From the NCBI GenBank assembly GCA_963827655.1, contig CAWHCF010000045.1:56830-120829 (forward strand): 64,000 nucleotides of DNA, written 5' to 3'. Every line of letters begins with the position of its first letter. The first letter of the stretch is position 1. Position numbers and translations under genes: made by a program. The DNA comes from an uncultured Acidobacteriota bacterium. Its GTDB lineage: Bacteria > Acidobacteriota > UBA6911. Under the pieces are notes generated by a model. That model saw nothing but the letters and a program-made list of their open reading frames with translations. It was not told where the DNA came from and searched no databases. Of this stretch, positions 20,707-32,979 are shown one piece after another.

Positions 20707-23330
20707 TCAGTCCTGCCGCAGCGCCGACATGGGGTCGACGCTTGCCGCACGCCATGCAGGCACCAGACAGGCGGCCAGCGCGACCGACAAAAATAGGACG
20801 CTCACGCCTGCCAGGGTCGGCACGTCGACCGGTCTGGTCGCGAACAACATCGACTGAATGAAACGCGAGAGGCCGACGGCGCCGGCGAGCCCCGCCACGA
20901 TTCCTACGAGCACCGGAATCGAGCCGCCGCCGATCACCAGGCGGATCAGGTCGCCGCGCGAGGCGCCCATGGCGGCGCGGATCCCCATTTCCTGTGTGCG
21001 GCGCGCGGTCACGAAGGAAAGCACGCCGTAGATGCCGGCGCACGCGAGGAACATTGCAAGCAGCGCGAAGCCGCCGAGCAGCGAAGTGGTCAGCCGGCGC
21101 CCCATCATCGAATCCGTTCTCAGTTGCTCGACGGTCTGCGGGCGGTCGAGCACCTGGTCCTTGTTCACCTTCCAGACGGCCTGCTGCACGGATTTAATCA
21201 ATGCGCCGCCTTCTCCGGCGCCCTTGGCGACGAGTCCCAGGCCGACGACGGGATTCTGCGCGAAGCTGGCGTAGGTGCCGATGTCGGTGGGACTCTCGAG
21301 CCCTCTGCCTTTTTCGTCGGCCACGATTCCCACGATCTCCCATGCGATCTGCGGGCCCAGCCCGCGGCGGGTGGGCAGAATCTTCTCCACCAGGACGCGC
21401 TTGCCGATGGCGCTTTCATTCGGCGAGTACCGCTTCACAAAGGATTCATTCACAACTACGACCGGAGGCGAACCCGCGGTGTCGCGCTCATCGAGAAAGC
21501 GTCCCGCCACCAGCCGCAGGCCGAGCGCTTTGAAATAGCCGGGCGACACGATTTTGAATCCGGTGTTGACTGGCTCGTCGGGCCTTTCGGCCATGCGGAA
21601 CGGCATGCCGTCACCCCAGCCGCGCAGCGGAAGTCCGGTGGTGACGGCGGCGTCGCGCATTCCGGGCACGGAGCGCACTTCTTCGATGAGGCGATCGATA
21701 TAGTGCTTGAGCTTGGCTTCGTCGGGGTTACGTTCCATGGCCAACGGCAGGTACGCCGCTACCAGGCCTTCGGTCTCGTAGCCGATCTCCACACTCATCA
21801 GGCGCTGAAAGCTGCGCAGCAGCAATCCCCCTCCGACGAGCAGAATGAACGCCGCGGCCACCTGCACGGCGACGAACATGTGCCGCACGTAGAGCTTGCC
21901 TCCGCCGGAGCTGCCGCGTCCGCCTTCCTTGAGTGATTCGGAGGCATGGCGGCGCGAGGCTTGAATTGCCGGCGCAAGGCCGAACGCGATACTGGTCAGG
22001 ATGGTGACCGCTGCGAGGAAGAGAAGCACGCGCCCGTCCATCACGACGTTGGCTTCTGCCGGGAAGGAGAACGGCGGCAACAAGCCGAGAATCAGGTCCA
22101 ACAGTCCATAGCCGAGTCCGATCCCCACGGCGGCGCCGCCGATCGATAGAAGGAGGCTCTCGGCCATCAGCATCCGGATCACCCGTCCCCGGCTGGCCCC
22201 TACTGCCATGCGCAGCGCGATTTCGCGCGAACGGAGGGTCGCGCGCGCCATGAAGAGGTTGGCGAGATTGGCGCAGCCGATCAGCAGCACCGCTGCGACG
22301 GACCACATCAGCACGTTCAAGGAAAGGCGCATATCAGGACCGACTATGCGGTCGATGTAGCGGTCGACGGTGGCGCCCCAGCCCTTCTTGACGGCCGGGT
22401 ACCGCTCGGCGATGCCGGCCGCGATGGCGCTCATTTCAGCCTGCGCCTGCTCGAGCGACACGCCGGGTTTCATGCGCGCGACGGCGCCAAAGCTGTGATA
22501 GTCGCGGGCCGGATTGGCGGGAAATACCAGCGGAACCCAGAGGTCGTTGGGCCTGCGGTCGAATTCGCTGCCGCGCGGTAGCACGCCTATCACGCTGTAG
22601 GGCTCGCCGTTCAGTTGAATGGCGCGGCCTATGAGGCCGGGATCGCCTCCGAAGAGGTTCGTCCAGGTGCGGTGGCTGATGACAGCTACTTTGTCTTTGC
22701 CCGGCTGGTCCTCATCCGCGGCGAAAGTCCGGCCCATTGCGGCTTTGATGCCGAAGACCTCGAAGTAGGGCGCGGAAACCACGCCGGCGCGGAGCGACTT
22801 CGGCTCGCCGCCGCCGGTGTAGCTCAGGCCGGCGCCGGTCTGTGCCGCCATCGATTCGAAAGAGCGGCTCTGCTTCGCCCAGTCCAGGTAGTTGGCGGGC
22901 GCGATGCTGTTGCGCAGTCCCCGCGGCGGCTTCTCCCACAACATGACGATGCGCTCCGGCTCGGGGTAGCCATTGGGCTTGAGCAGCACCCCATCCACCA
23001 GGCTGAAGATGGCCGCGTTGGCGCCGAGCGCAAGAGCGATGGTCATCACGGTAAAGAGGGTAAATCCAGGGCTCCGGGTCAGAATCCTCGCGGCATACCG
23101 GACGTCCTTCAGAGTTGTTTCGAAAAACGATCCCACGTGTGCCTCCCGTATCCTTGACTTGACCTGCGCCGGGCTTTCGAACTTTTTCCAGACCTCGCGC
23201 CGCGCCTGTTCACGCGAGAGGCCGCGCGCCCGCGCCCGCTCGATCAGGATCTCGTAGTAGGCCTCAACCTCGTCATCCAGTTCCGATTCCGGGCGGGCGA
23301 CGGCGCCACAATCGGCCCCAGCGCATGCTA
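20707..23330 (-). CDS. ADOP-type duplicated ABC permease (MacB/FtsX); start region uncertain
   Basis: RSPGFT, ALGANAAIFSLVDGVLL, RSREIALRMAVGA, C-terminal PAWRAASVDPMSALRQD; adjacent to PadR. Confidence 0.9.
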
Positions 23331-23660
23331 CGTTTCCTCCGCGAGCACCTGGCTCATGGCGGTGTGGACTCGTTGCCAGTTTTTCTTCTCCCTGGCGAGC
23401 TGGGCGAGGCCGGAGGGGGTGAGCGCGTAGACTTTGACGCGGCGTCCGCTCTCGGTTTCGCTCCACTGTCCGGAAATCCACCCTTTTTCAGCGAGGCGAT
23501 GCAGGGCAGGGAAGAGCGATCCGGGTCCGACCACGAATACGCCGTGAGTCACCTGCTCGATGCGGTCCGCAATGCCGACGCCATGGAGCGGGCGAAGTTC
23601 CAAGGTGCGAAGAATAAGGAGATCGAGGGTTCCCTGCAAGAGTTCCGCCGGCTTGGCCAT
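23328..23660 (-). CDS. PadR family transcriptional regulator (acidobacterial type)
   Basis: LLQGTLDLLILRTL, HGVGIA, GSLFPALHRL. Confidence 0.92.
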   Translation of the reverse strand: MAKPAELLQGTLDLLILRTLELRPLHGVGIADRIEQVTHGVFVVGPGSLFPALHRLAEKGWISGQWSETESGRRVKVYALTPSGLAQLAREKKNWQRVHTAMSQVLAEET

Positions 23661-23899
23661 GCGAAAATATATCGACGGTCGATATCGATTGTCAAGAACG
23701 GCAGCGGAAACGCTTGAGACGCGCACTCGTAAGTCTCCGCCCAACTTCTTAAGTACTATTTCTGCTAGCTCTTCGTTCTCGTCGCCCCCGCTCGCCGCTC
23801 AGGCAAAAGAACACCGTGTGTTTTTGACGCAAGGAGACGTGAGTGAACCAGCAACAGCAGGCTGCTGAAGCACCAAAATGAGGTGTAACGAACCGGATT

Positions 23900-24100
23900 A
23901 TGAAAACACAAATAGGTTATGGGCCACACGAAGTCACTGAGGGTATGTTCGATAGCTTGCTTTCTCGCACTCGGCAGTACCTATCGTTGCCTGGCAGACG
24001 CAAAGATTCAGGCGTCGTGCTGGTGTCACCTGATCAAGCACCTTACTTCGTGTGGCAAGAGCAACCCAATGGGAAGCTAAAGAGAGTGGCAGTGCAGTAG
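23900..24100 (+). CDS. Small hypothetical protein
   Basis: 66 aa ATG-started ORF of lower GC; no recognised motif. Confidence 0.35.
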   Translation: MKTQIGYGPHEVTEGMFDSLLSRTRQYLSLPGRRKDSGVVLVSPDQAPYFVWQEQPNGKLKRVAVQ

Positions 24101-24137
24101 TGGGAAGGGACCTGTCGAGAGTTCTTGTAGATTCTTT

Positions 24138-26852
24138 ATGCGTTTAATGCCAGACGGACCGCAGGAAAGCAGCCCAGACTACGACGGCCTCGTCATGAGG
24201 CTCGTGGATGAGGCACTCTCGCGTCCCCCGGAAGAACGCGAGCGTTACCTGCGAGGCTCCTGCCCGGATCCCAAAGTCTTCAACGAAGCGTGGAACTATG
24301 TCCAGTGGGACGAGCGGATGAAGGATTTCCTGGTGGACCCTCTCCTCCCTTCGGTCCATGACCAAACGCCCGCCGAGCCCCGGGACCCGCTGGACGATTC
24401 TGCTCTCCCGCTGTTTCCTCCCGGCGCCCCGCTAGGAGTGTATCGGATTGAGGTTTTGTTGGGAACCGGGGGCTCGGCCCAGGTGTATCGAGCTTTCGAC
24501 CCGCGTCTTGGCCGGCAAGTCGCCCTCAAGGTGTTTGCAGCAGGTACGGTAACCAAGCGCTTCCAGGACCGGTTCATTCAGGAGGCAAGAGCCGCCGCGG
24601 GCCTGAGCCATCCCAACATTGCTGTCATCTACGAGGTCGGGCAAGCTGCGGGAACCTGCTTTATCGCCCTGGAGTACATCGAAGGCGAGACGCTGCGCAG
24701 CAAAATGAAGGCTGCGAAAACCCCGTTGGCGGAGTTGCTGGGATATCTACGGCAGACCGCGGCCGCTCTGGCGAAGGCGCATGCCAAAGGCATCGTTCAT
24801 TGCGACCTCAAGCCTGACAACATCATGGTCACGCGGGAAGGCTTCGTGAAGGTTCTGGACTTTGGACTGGCGAAGCTCATCGAGCAATATAAGGATGCGG
24901 GTCCCCACGGTGAACAGCCGTCGACTACGTCGGGGCAGACCACTGCTCCCCTACAGCATACCGGCAGGGTCGAGGGGACGCTCGGGTACATGTCGCCCGA
25001 ACAGGCCGAAGGAAAGACGGACCTCGACGAACGCTCCGACCTCTTTTCGTTCGGATGCATCCTTTTTGAAGCCGCCACGGGCCGTCAGCCGTTCCGGGGC
25101 AGCCCGGGCGAGTCGGTCGTCCGGACCATGCACAGACTTCTGTATGAGCCTGCTCCGTCCCTGAGCGAGCTATGCCCGGACGCCGCTCCCAGTTTGCAGC
25201 GCATCGTGGATCGTTGCCTCAAGAAAGATCCCGCTCTGCGCTGCCCGAGCATGAAGGAAGTCGACCAAGACCTGGAAAGACTCCTGCAAGAGATGCAGAA
25301 CGGCCAGGCTGTCATCCCGGCATCCGGATCCCAGTCCAGTGTGGTCGCCGACTTCCCCGGTGACTTGGGGCGACATTTGCGCCCGCCCAGGCGCCGCAAG
25401 TGGGCCGTTCCGGCGGTGGTCGCAGCGTTTGCGATCCTGACAGGCTCCATTGTCCATAATCCCTTGCCCCCGGCGAGACCGCTTTCCTCTCTAGCGGTGA
25501 TTCCGTTTGTGAACGCCCAGAACACACCCGGAGGAGATTACCTGTCGGACGGCATCAGTGAGGCGCTGATCAACGCCCTGGCTCACCTCCCCGATCTGAA
25601 GGTGATCGCCCGCAGTTCCAGCTTCAAGTTCAAGGGTGAGAGAATCGATCTCCGACAGGCGGCGCGGCTGTTGGGCGTGCAGGTGCTCGTTACCGGCCGT
25701 GTCGCTGAAGCGGGCGGGCAGTTCCGGATCACCGCCGAGCTGGTGGATGGTTCCGATGGAACGCAAATCTGGGGCGCCCACTATAGTCCGACGCACTCGG
25801 AGTTGCCAGGCATGGGAGCGACCATCTCCCGCGAGATCGCCGGGCGGATCCGCTCCAAACCGACCCAAACTGAGCAGGCGACGCTGACTAAGGTAGCCAA
25901 GGTCAAACCCGAAGCCTACGAATTGCTGTTGCGGGGCCGCTACCATATGCGGCTACATACTCCGGAAACCAGCGTGAAGGCGATGAGCTACTACCAGCAG
26001 GCCCTCGCCGTCGATCCTGGATTTGCGCTGGCTCATGCGGAGCTCGCCCACGTGTACCGGTTGCTGGGCGGCTCCGCGATTCTGAGCTCCCGGGACATGA
26101 TGCCCAAAGCGGAGGCGGAGGTGCACCGGGCGCTGTCGGCAGATCCGAATCTGGCCGAAGCGCACGCCGCCCTGGGTGACATTAAAAAGGATCGGTGGGA
26201 CTGGGGTGGCGCCGAGGCCGAGTACCGTCGCGCGATCGAACTCAGCCCGAACCTTCCCGCCGCGCGCAAGGGATTGGCGATCAACCTGAGCATTACGGGC
26301 CGCCACGACCAGGCGATCTCCGAGATTCAGAGAGCGCGGGAATTGGACCCTCTCGGCGTGCCGACGGCGGTGGACTCGGCCGCCGTTTTTTACAACGCGC
26401 GGCGCCACGCCGAGGCTCTTGACGTCCTGAAACGCGCGCTCGACTTCGATCCTTCGGCGCCGGCCATCTGGACCTGGATCGGGCTCGTGAACGGGGGCAC
26501 GGGCCAATTTGTCCGGGCGACGGACGCGTTCGAGAAAGCCATGGCGCTCGGTGACGGCAGCACCGCGACACAATGCTATTACGCCCACTCTCTGGCGCGA
26601 TCCGGGCGACGGCAGGAAGCCCTCCAGATTCTGCAGCGATTGCGCCAACCCGGCCAGTTCGTATCTCGGGCGGCTTTGGCCGCTGCCTATCTCGGGCTGG
26701 ACGAGCGAGAACGAGCCCTCCAGGAACTGGAGGCGGCTTACGCCGCCCGTGACCCTTTGATGCAGTACCTTAAGATCGAGTCCCACTTCGATACTTTGAG
26801 CAGCGAGCCGCGATTTCAAGCGATCTGCGCAAAGGTCGGATTGCCCCGCTAG
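24138..26852 (+). CDS. Ser/Thr protein kinase with TolB_N-like and TPR domains
   Basis: GTGGSAQV, VALK, HCDLKPDN, DFG, YMSPEQ; SLAVIPF; TPR repeats. Confidence 0.93.
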   Translation: MRLMPDGPQESSPDYDGLVMRLVDEALSRPPEERERYLRGSCPDPKVFNEAWNYVQWDERMKDFLVDPLLPSVHDQTPAEPRDPLDDSALPLFPPGAPLGVYRIEVLLGTGGSAQVYRAFDPRLGRQVALKVFAAGTVTKRFQDRFIQEARAAAGLSHPNIAVIYEVGQAAGTCFIALEYIEGETLRSKMKAAKTPLAELLGYLRQTAAALAKAHAKGIVHCDLKPDNIMVTREGFVKVLDFGLAKLIEQYKDAGPHGEQPSTTSGQTTAPLQHTGRVEGTLGYMSPEQAEGKTDLDERSDLFSFGCILFEAATGRQPFRGSPGESVVRTMHRLLYEPAPSLSELCPDAAPSLQRIVDRCLKKDPALRCPSMKEVDQDLERLLQEMQNGQAVIPASGSQSSVVADFPGDLGRHLRPPRRRKWAVPAVVAAFAILTGSIVHNPLPPARPLSSLAVIPFVNAQNTPGGDYLSDGISEALINALAHLPDLKVIARSSSFKFKGERIDLRQAARLLGVQVLVTGRVAEAGGQFRITAELVDGSDGTQIWGAHYSPTHSELPGMGATISREIAGRIRSKPTQTEQATLTKVAKVKPEAYELLLRGRYHMRLHTPETSVKAMSYYQQALAVDPGFALAHAELAHVYRLLGGSAILSSRDMMPKAEAEVHRALSADPNLAEAHAALGDIKKDRWDWGGAEAEYRRAIELSPNLPAARKGLAINLSITGRHDQAISEIQRARELDPLGVPTAVDSAAVFYNARRHAEALDVLKRALDFDPSAPAIWTWIGLVNGGTGQFVRATDAFEKAMALGDGSTATQCYYAHSLARSGRRQEALQILQRLRQPGQFVSRAALAAAYLGLDERERALQELEAAYAARDPLMQYLKIESHFDTLSSEPRFQAICAKVGLPR

Positions 26853-26897
26853 GCCCGCAAGCGGCCGGCGGGCCCGCGAAAGGAGAAACGCACACAC

Positions 26898-28133
26898 ATG
26901 GCCCTCCAATGGACAGCGAAGCTTTCCGCACTTCCGCTATGCGTTCCACCGGAGACGTGTCCCGATGATTACATGGTGAACGCCGTCGCAATCTCCGATG
27001 ACGGGAGCCGTGTCGTCGCGGGAACCTATTATCAACACTACGAGGGGACCACCAGGGTCCGGACCGACGGCAAATTCGGAACCTACTGCTACGACACTAA
27101 GGGCGCCGGCACCCGGCTTTGGGCCGATGAATACCAAGGCCACAGGGGCATCTACTCCGTCGCCATTTCGGGCGACGGCACCGTTGCCGCAGGCGGGGGC
27201 CTACTGACCAAGGGAAAATTCCAGCAACCCAAGCGCGGACTTCTCCGAGCATTCGACGCCGCCACCGGCAGCAAACTATTGAACAGCTCGGATTTTCCAA
27301 ACCGGGTGAATTCGGTCTCTCTCTCGCGCGATGGCGGCGTTCTCGCGGCTGTGGCGGAGTCCAGCCTGTTTGTTTTCCTGCGGAGCGCCTCCGGATTGTT
27401 TTCGGCTTCGCCCCAGGAGATCGACCTCGACGGTTACTCCCAATCCGTTGCCGTGCATCCCAGCGGGAGCTGGCTGGCCGCCTGCGACCAGACAGGAAAG
27501 GTTTATGTCTCCACGATCAGCGCAGGCGTGGTCAACCCGCCCGCTACGTGGACCGCCCTGGAACGGCGAGACCCCACGCGCTCGAGTTCGCCGAGGTTCC
27601 CGGTCAAATTCAATTGCGTCTCGGTGGCCAGGGCCAGTAACTCGTTGACCGCTGGAGGCGGCAATTTCGTTTACCTGTTTACTCTGGCTTCGATCCAAAG
27701 CGGCACGCCCGGCCCCGTCGCGCGATACACCTCCTTCGATACCACCGGCCCCCACAATGTCCGATTTGTGGCCATTTCCGACAATGGCGGCTTTGTAACG
27801 ACCGTGGTGAACGACGAAGACCCCGCGGGTGTTGGCATCGGCCGGCTGATCAAGTTGTCTCCTGGCGCGGGAGGGCAGCTGAACGTAGACTGGATGGCGC
27901 CGCTGAGCCGCCTGCCGAACAGCACCAGCATCGATTCGACCGGCACTCGGATTACCGCCGCCGATGGCTATCCCGACACGGTGCCTGGCACCTTCTACCT
28001 GTTCAACGCCAGCGGTGTGAAACTGTGGCAACACGGCACGCCCAAGATGAACTGGCCGATGTTCATCAGTGCAAACGGATTAGGCATCGCCGGCGGAAGC
28101 GACGATAATACGCTCTTCTTTTTCACGCCGTAA
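26898..28133 (+). CDS. WD40-like beta-propeller protein
   Basis: Repeated (S/A)VAISxDG units; AAGGAG RBS. Confidence 0.75.
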   Translation: MALQWTAKLSALPLCVPPETCPDDYMVNAVAISDDGSRVVAGTYYQHYEGTTRVRTDGKFGTYCYDTKGAGTRLWADEYQGHRGIYSVAISGDGTVAAGGGLLTKGKFQQPKRGLLRAFDAATGSKLLNSSDFPNRVNSVSLSRDGGVLAAVAESSLFVFLRSASGLFSASPQEIDLDGYSQSVAVHPSGSWLAACDQTGKVYVSTISAGVVNPPATWTALERRDPTRSSSPRFPVKFNCVSVARASNSLTAGGGNFVYLFTLASIQSGTPGPVARYTSFDTTGPHNVRFVAISDNGGFVTTVVNDEDPAGVGIGRLIKLSPGAGGQLNVDWMAPLSRLPNSTSIDSTGTRITAADGYPDTVPGTFYLFNASGVKLWQHGTPKMNWPMFISANGLGIAGGSDDNTLFFFTP

Positions 28134-28184
28134 TGGCGCCGATCGTTCGGGCCGGAGGTCTGCAATGCGAAAAGCTCCTTCTAC

Positions 28185-28430
28185 GGTGCTTCCGTCATCA
28201 ATTGTTGTCATGCCGCCAGAGGCATCCGCGTCTCATCGACAACGACCAAAACAGTCGATTGTCCGAACTTGACTTTCTCCGAAAACCAAAGAAGCATCGC
28301 CGACGGGAAGATCTCCCGTAACGTCAGCCGCCGCGTCGTCAGTCCAGCCTGGATCGCCGGCGTCCTCAATCTCGCGTCCGAACTTAAACGCCATATGAGG
28401 CGCTGACGCAAGTCCAGGTGATTTCGAGAC
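28185..28430 (-). mobile_element. 3' remnant of an IS1-like element with its terminal repeat
   Basis: RTPAIQAGLTTRRLTLREIF homologous to 90-406; terminus GGTGCTTCCGTCATCAATTGTTG at 28185. Confidence 0.65.
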
Positions 28431-28441
28431 ACTCCTGCCAT

Positions 28442-28606
28442 GGTGCTTCTGGCATCAATTGTTGGCAAGATTGGTATAAACCATTAGATTTCAAGTATAT
28501 TAAACCGGATTTGGGGCACTGCTTCTGGTTGGTTTCAAATCGGCGATAAGGTCCTTTGCCAGAAGGTCATAGAGGCTGATCACCAACAGTAGATGGCGGA
28601 AGCACC
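28442..28606. mobile_element. MITE (165 bp) with ~23 bp terminal inverted repeats
   Basis: GGTGCTTCTGGCATCAATTGTTG ... CAACAGTAGATGGCGGAAGCACC; AT-rich interior; no clear target duplication. Confidence 0.7.
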
Positions 28607-28647
28607 CGCCGAGGCATTAAAGGCGCTTGTTCAGGAGACTTGATGTC

Positions 28648-29241
28648 ATGTGCACAATCACTGCGACGACGGCGCTCCTCGCGTTGGTGGCCTCAAGTGC
28701 GCCACACGCGTTCTCCCTCACTGAGCTGGAACGGCAACGACTGGTTGCACACTTGGAAGTGACGGCGAGCTGGCTTGTCGACGAGGTCTCCGGCCTGACT
28801 CCTGCTCAGCTCCAGTTTCGACGCGCGCCCAAGGAGTGGAGCATCCTGCAGGTCGTCGAGCATCTCGTGGTGGTCGGGCCCATCTATTGGCAGGACCTGC
28901 AAAAGGCGATGAAGGCGCCACCAAGCAGCCGCAGCAATGCCAGCACCGATGCGGACATTCTCTGGTACGGCATCGATCGCACGCGACGGGAATCAGCCAT
29001 CCCGACCGAAGTGCCGAAAGGACAGCTGCGCGACCTGCGGACGGGTCTCGAGGCATACCGCAAGCAGCATGCGCAACTCCTGCAGTACGCGCGCACGACG
29101 ACCGACGATCTTCGCCGTCATTTCGTCGAGCGGCAGGGAAGTGACGCGTATCAGTGGGCGCTGCTCATCTCCACGCACGAGCAGCGACACATTCTGCAGA
29201 TCCGCGAGATCAAGGCGGACCCGAAGTTCCCTAAGAAGTAG
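28648..29241 (+). CDS. DinB family protein
   Basis: WSILQVVEHL and HEQRHILQI motifs. Confidence 0.85.
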   Translation: MCTITATTALLALVASSAPHAFSLTELERQRLVAHLEVTASWLVDEVSGLTPAQLQFRRAPKEWSILQVVEHLVVVGPIYWQDLQKAMKAPPSSRSNASTDADILWYGIDRTRRESAIPTEVPKGQLRDLRTGLEAYRKQHAQLLQYARTTTDDLRRHFVERQGSDAYQWALLISTHEQRHILQIREIKADPKFPKK

Positions 29242-29510
29242 CCGAGTGCTCACGGCATTACCCAATTCTCGCCGGTTTCTCACCTGCCTCTCAGACGCGG
29301 ACCGCGCGGCCTTCGCATGCACCCGGAGACATAGCTGCAGGCGTGCGCGGTATATGGCTCCGCTTCAATCCCAGCGATAGCCGTGAGTACAGCAATGGCG
29401 GATATGCGGTCCTGACTCACATCGTTGTCTGGGCAGGCCCGGCAGCGGCAATCCGGTCGTTCGGTTTCACGCTTTTGTCAGACGGTGGGTGCGTGGTAGC
29501 ATGTCGCCAA

Positions 29511-32500
29511 ATGATCGCTGTGCTGCTTTTGGGTATCCTGGCCGCTGTCCGCGGTCCTGCAGCGCCGCAAGCCGGCGCCTCGCTCGACTTCATTCGCGAC
29601 GTACGGCCGATTCTGGCGGGCGCCTGCGTACGCTGCCACAGCGCGACCCTGCCACAGGGCAAGCTGCGTCTCGATTCCCGGGAGGAAATGCTGCGCGGCG
29701 GAGCTTCGGGGACTGCCGTGATACCAGGCAACGGAACCGGCAGCCTCCTCTATCAGCGCCTGGTCATCGACGATCCGCAGAAGCGCATGCCGTGGCTCTC
29801 GGATCCCTTGACGCCCGCACAGATCGAGACTGTGCGCCGCTGGATCGACGAAGGCGCCCACTGGCCCGAGGGAGTCGTTGTGGCGGTCCCGGCAGGCGGC
29901 GGGCCCACGCCCACCGCTCCCGCGCCGAGCACCGTGAGCGCAACAGCCTCCGGTCAGCGGCTTTCCTTCAACCGCGACGTCCGTCCCATCCTGGCGGACA
30001 ACTGCTACAGCTGCCACGGCCCCGATCGCAACCAGCGGCAGGCGGGCCTGCGGCTCGACCGTGAGGAGAGCGCCAAGGGGGCGCTCCCATCCGGACACGC
30101 GGCGATCGTCCCGGGCAGCCCCGAACGGAGCGCGCTTTACCAGCGTGTCACCGATTCGGATGAGCAGAAACGCATGCCTCACGTCTCGAGCGGCAAGTCC
30201 CGGTTGAGCGGCGCGCAGGCCCAGATCCTGCGCAGCTGGATCGAACAGGGCGCAGAATGGCAGCCGCACTGGTCGTACATTCCGCCTGCCCGGCCGCTGC
30301 CGCCGGCGGTCAAGCGTGCCGACTGGATGAAGAACACCATCGATGCGTTCGTCCTTGCAGGGATTGAGAGGCAGGGCCTCACTCCATCCGCCGAAGCTGA
30401 GTCCCGTGAATTACTGCGGCGCGTGAGCTTCGACCTCACCGGCCTGCCACCGACTCCGGAAGAAATGGCTGCTTTCCTCTCCGACAAGTCTCCCGGCGCC
30501 TACGAGCGCCAGGTGGACCGGCTGCTTGCCTCGCCGCATTTCGGCGAGCGTATGGCCATGTACTGGCTGGACCTCGTTCGCTACTCGGACAGCGTCGGCT
30601 ACCACAGCGACAACGCCCGCCCGCTCTGGCGTTACCGGGACTATGTCATCGATGCCTTCAACCGCAATCTGTCGTTCGACCGCTTCACGGCGGAGCAGCT
30701 TGCAGGCGACCTCCTGCCCGACCCCACGCCGCAACAGAAGCTTGCCTCGGGGTACAACCGGCTGCTTCAGACAACGGAGGAGGGCGGCGCCCAGCCCAAA
30801 GAGTACCGGGCAATTTATCTTGCAGACCGGGTCAGGAATGCATCGACGGTTTGGACGGGTGCGACCCTGGGCTGCGCCCAGTGCCACGACCACAAGTTCG
30901 ACCCGTATCTCGCGAAGGATTTCTACAGCTTCGCGGCCTTCTTCGCGGACGTCAAGGAAAGGCCCGTGGGACGGCGCCAGCCCGACTACCTGTCGGACGA
31001 GAAGCAGCGCGTCGCGCTCGACGCCGCGGAGGCTGAGGTTGAACGCCTCACCAAGGAGCTTCGAGATGCGAACAATCCCGCGGACCAGAAGCGCTGGGAG
31101 AGCACCCTGGCCGGCGCGCGAACCTACAAGTGGACCGCTCTCGAGCCCGTCGAAGCAACCTCCGCGAACGGTACCTGGGTCCTGACCCAGGGCAATGACT
31201 TCTCGATCATCGCCAGCACTGCCGCCGGACCAAAGCCGCCGCGCGATACCTACACGGTCAACTTCAAGACCTCCCTCAAGGGGATGACCGCATTCCGCCT
31301 CGAGTGTCGTGTGTTCGATGAGCTCCCGAAGGGGGGGCCGGGCCGCGACACCGACGGAGGCTTCGTCGTCTCGGAGCTGGTGATCAACGACAGTGCGGGT
31401 CAACCGATCCGGCTTCGCAACGCATCCGCCTCAACGCCGCCGCTCGGCGCAGGGAACCCAATTCAGCCCGGCGGCGGCAATTGACGGCAATACGACCGAC
31501 GGGGGCTGGGCTCTCTTGAAGGCCGACGGGCTCGACCATCGACTGGTCGTTGAGGCTGCGGAGCGCCTGGGGGCCGGCGAGGAGACGACGATTACTGCCG
31601 TAATTCACCAGAACGCCGGTCAGGGTCGTACCCTTGGCCGCGTTCGCCTGCTCGCGACCACGGACGACTGGCCGGTGCGCACGGATCCCGGCCCCGAGGC
31701 TACCGAGGAAATCATCAAGATCGCCGCCGCCGAACCCGCCCGGCGCACAGAGCAGGAACAAGAGAGCCTGACAGCTTTCTATCGGCGGATCGCTCCCGAA
31801 CTCGCGCCACTGCGCGCCGCGCTTCGCTCCGCACAGATCCGGAAGCAGGAACTGCTTGATCAGATCCCGCAATCTTTCATCACGACAACCGAGGAGCCCC
31901 AGCCGGTGCGCATCCTGGCGCGGGGGAACTGGCTGGATGAATCCGGCGAGGTCGTATCGCCCGCGGTACCGCACTTCCTGCCCCAGATCGATGCCGGCAA
32001 TCGCCGCCCGACGCGGCTCGATCTCGCGCGCTGGCTGACTTCCAAGGACAATCCGCTCACTGCGCGCGTCTTCGTGAACCGGCAATGGAAGCTCTTCTTC
32101 GGCCAGGGTCTCTCCCGAACGCTCGAGGATCTCGGCTCGCAGGGAGAGTGGCCGACGCACCCGGAGCTGCTCGACTGGCTGGCCGTCGAGTTCATGGAAA
32201 ACGGTTGGGATGTGAAGCGGCTGGTGAAAACGCTCGTTACCTCCGCCACGTATCGCCAGACTTCGCGGGCCTCCCGTGAGCTGGTGGAGCGCGACCCGTA
32301 CAACCTGCTCTACGCGCGCCAGACGCGCATCCGGCTCGACGCCGAGATAGTTCGCGACAACGCGCTGGCCATCAGCGGAATGTTGTCGGCTCGGATTGGG
32401 GGCCCGAGCGTCTACCCCTATCAGCCTCGCGGATACTGGAGCTTCCTCAATTTCCCGCCCCGTGAGTGGGAAGACTCGACTGGCGAAGATCAGTATCGAC

Positions 32501-32952
32501 GCGGGATTTACACCTGGTGGCAGCGGACGTTCCTCCAGCCGAGTCTCGTCGCTTTCGATGCGCCGTCCCGCGAGGAATGCGCGGCCGAGCGCACGCGCTC
32601 GAACATCCCGCAGCAGGCGCTCGTGCTGCTCAACGATCCGACGTACGTCGAGGCCGCGCGTGTCTTCGCCGTGCACATCCTGACGCAGGGGGGCAAAGCT
32701 TTCGAAGACCGCTTGCGTTGGGCCTATGCGAGGGCGCTCGGACGGCCGCCGGGTGCGTCGGAAATTCAAGTCCTGTCGGAGCTCTTCCGCAAACACCTGG
32801 CCGAGTACCGGGCCAAACCGGAGGAGGCCGGCCGTGCCGTGGCGGCAGGGCTCGCTCCCGTGCGGAAAGACCTGAATGTCGTGGAACTGGCGGGCTGGAC
32901 CTCCGTGGCGCGGGCAATCCTGAACCTGCCGGAGGTCATCACGCGCCCCTAG
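29511..32952 (+). CDS. Planctomycete cytochrome c / DUF1549 / DUF1553 (PSD1) protein; frameshift ~31460
   Basis: CVRCH, CYSCH, CAQCHDHKFDP; NPLTARVFVNR, PTHPELLDWLA, PQQALVLLND. Confidence 0.92.
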
Positions 32953-32979
32953 CTGGTGGCGTGATCGCAAGAGGTAGCG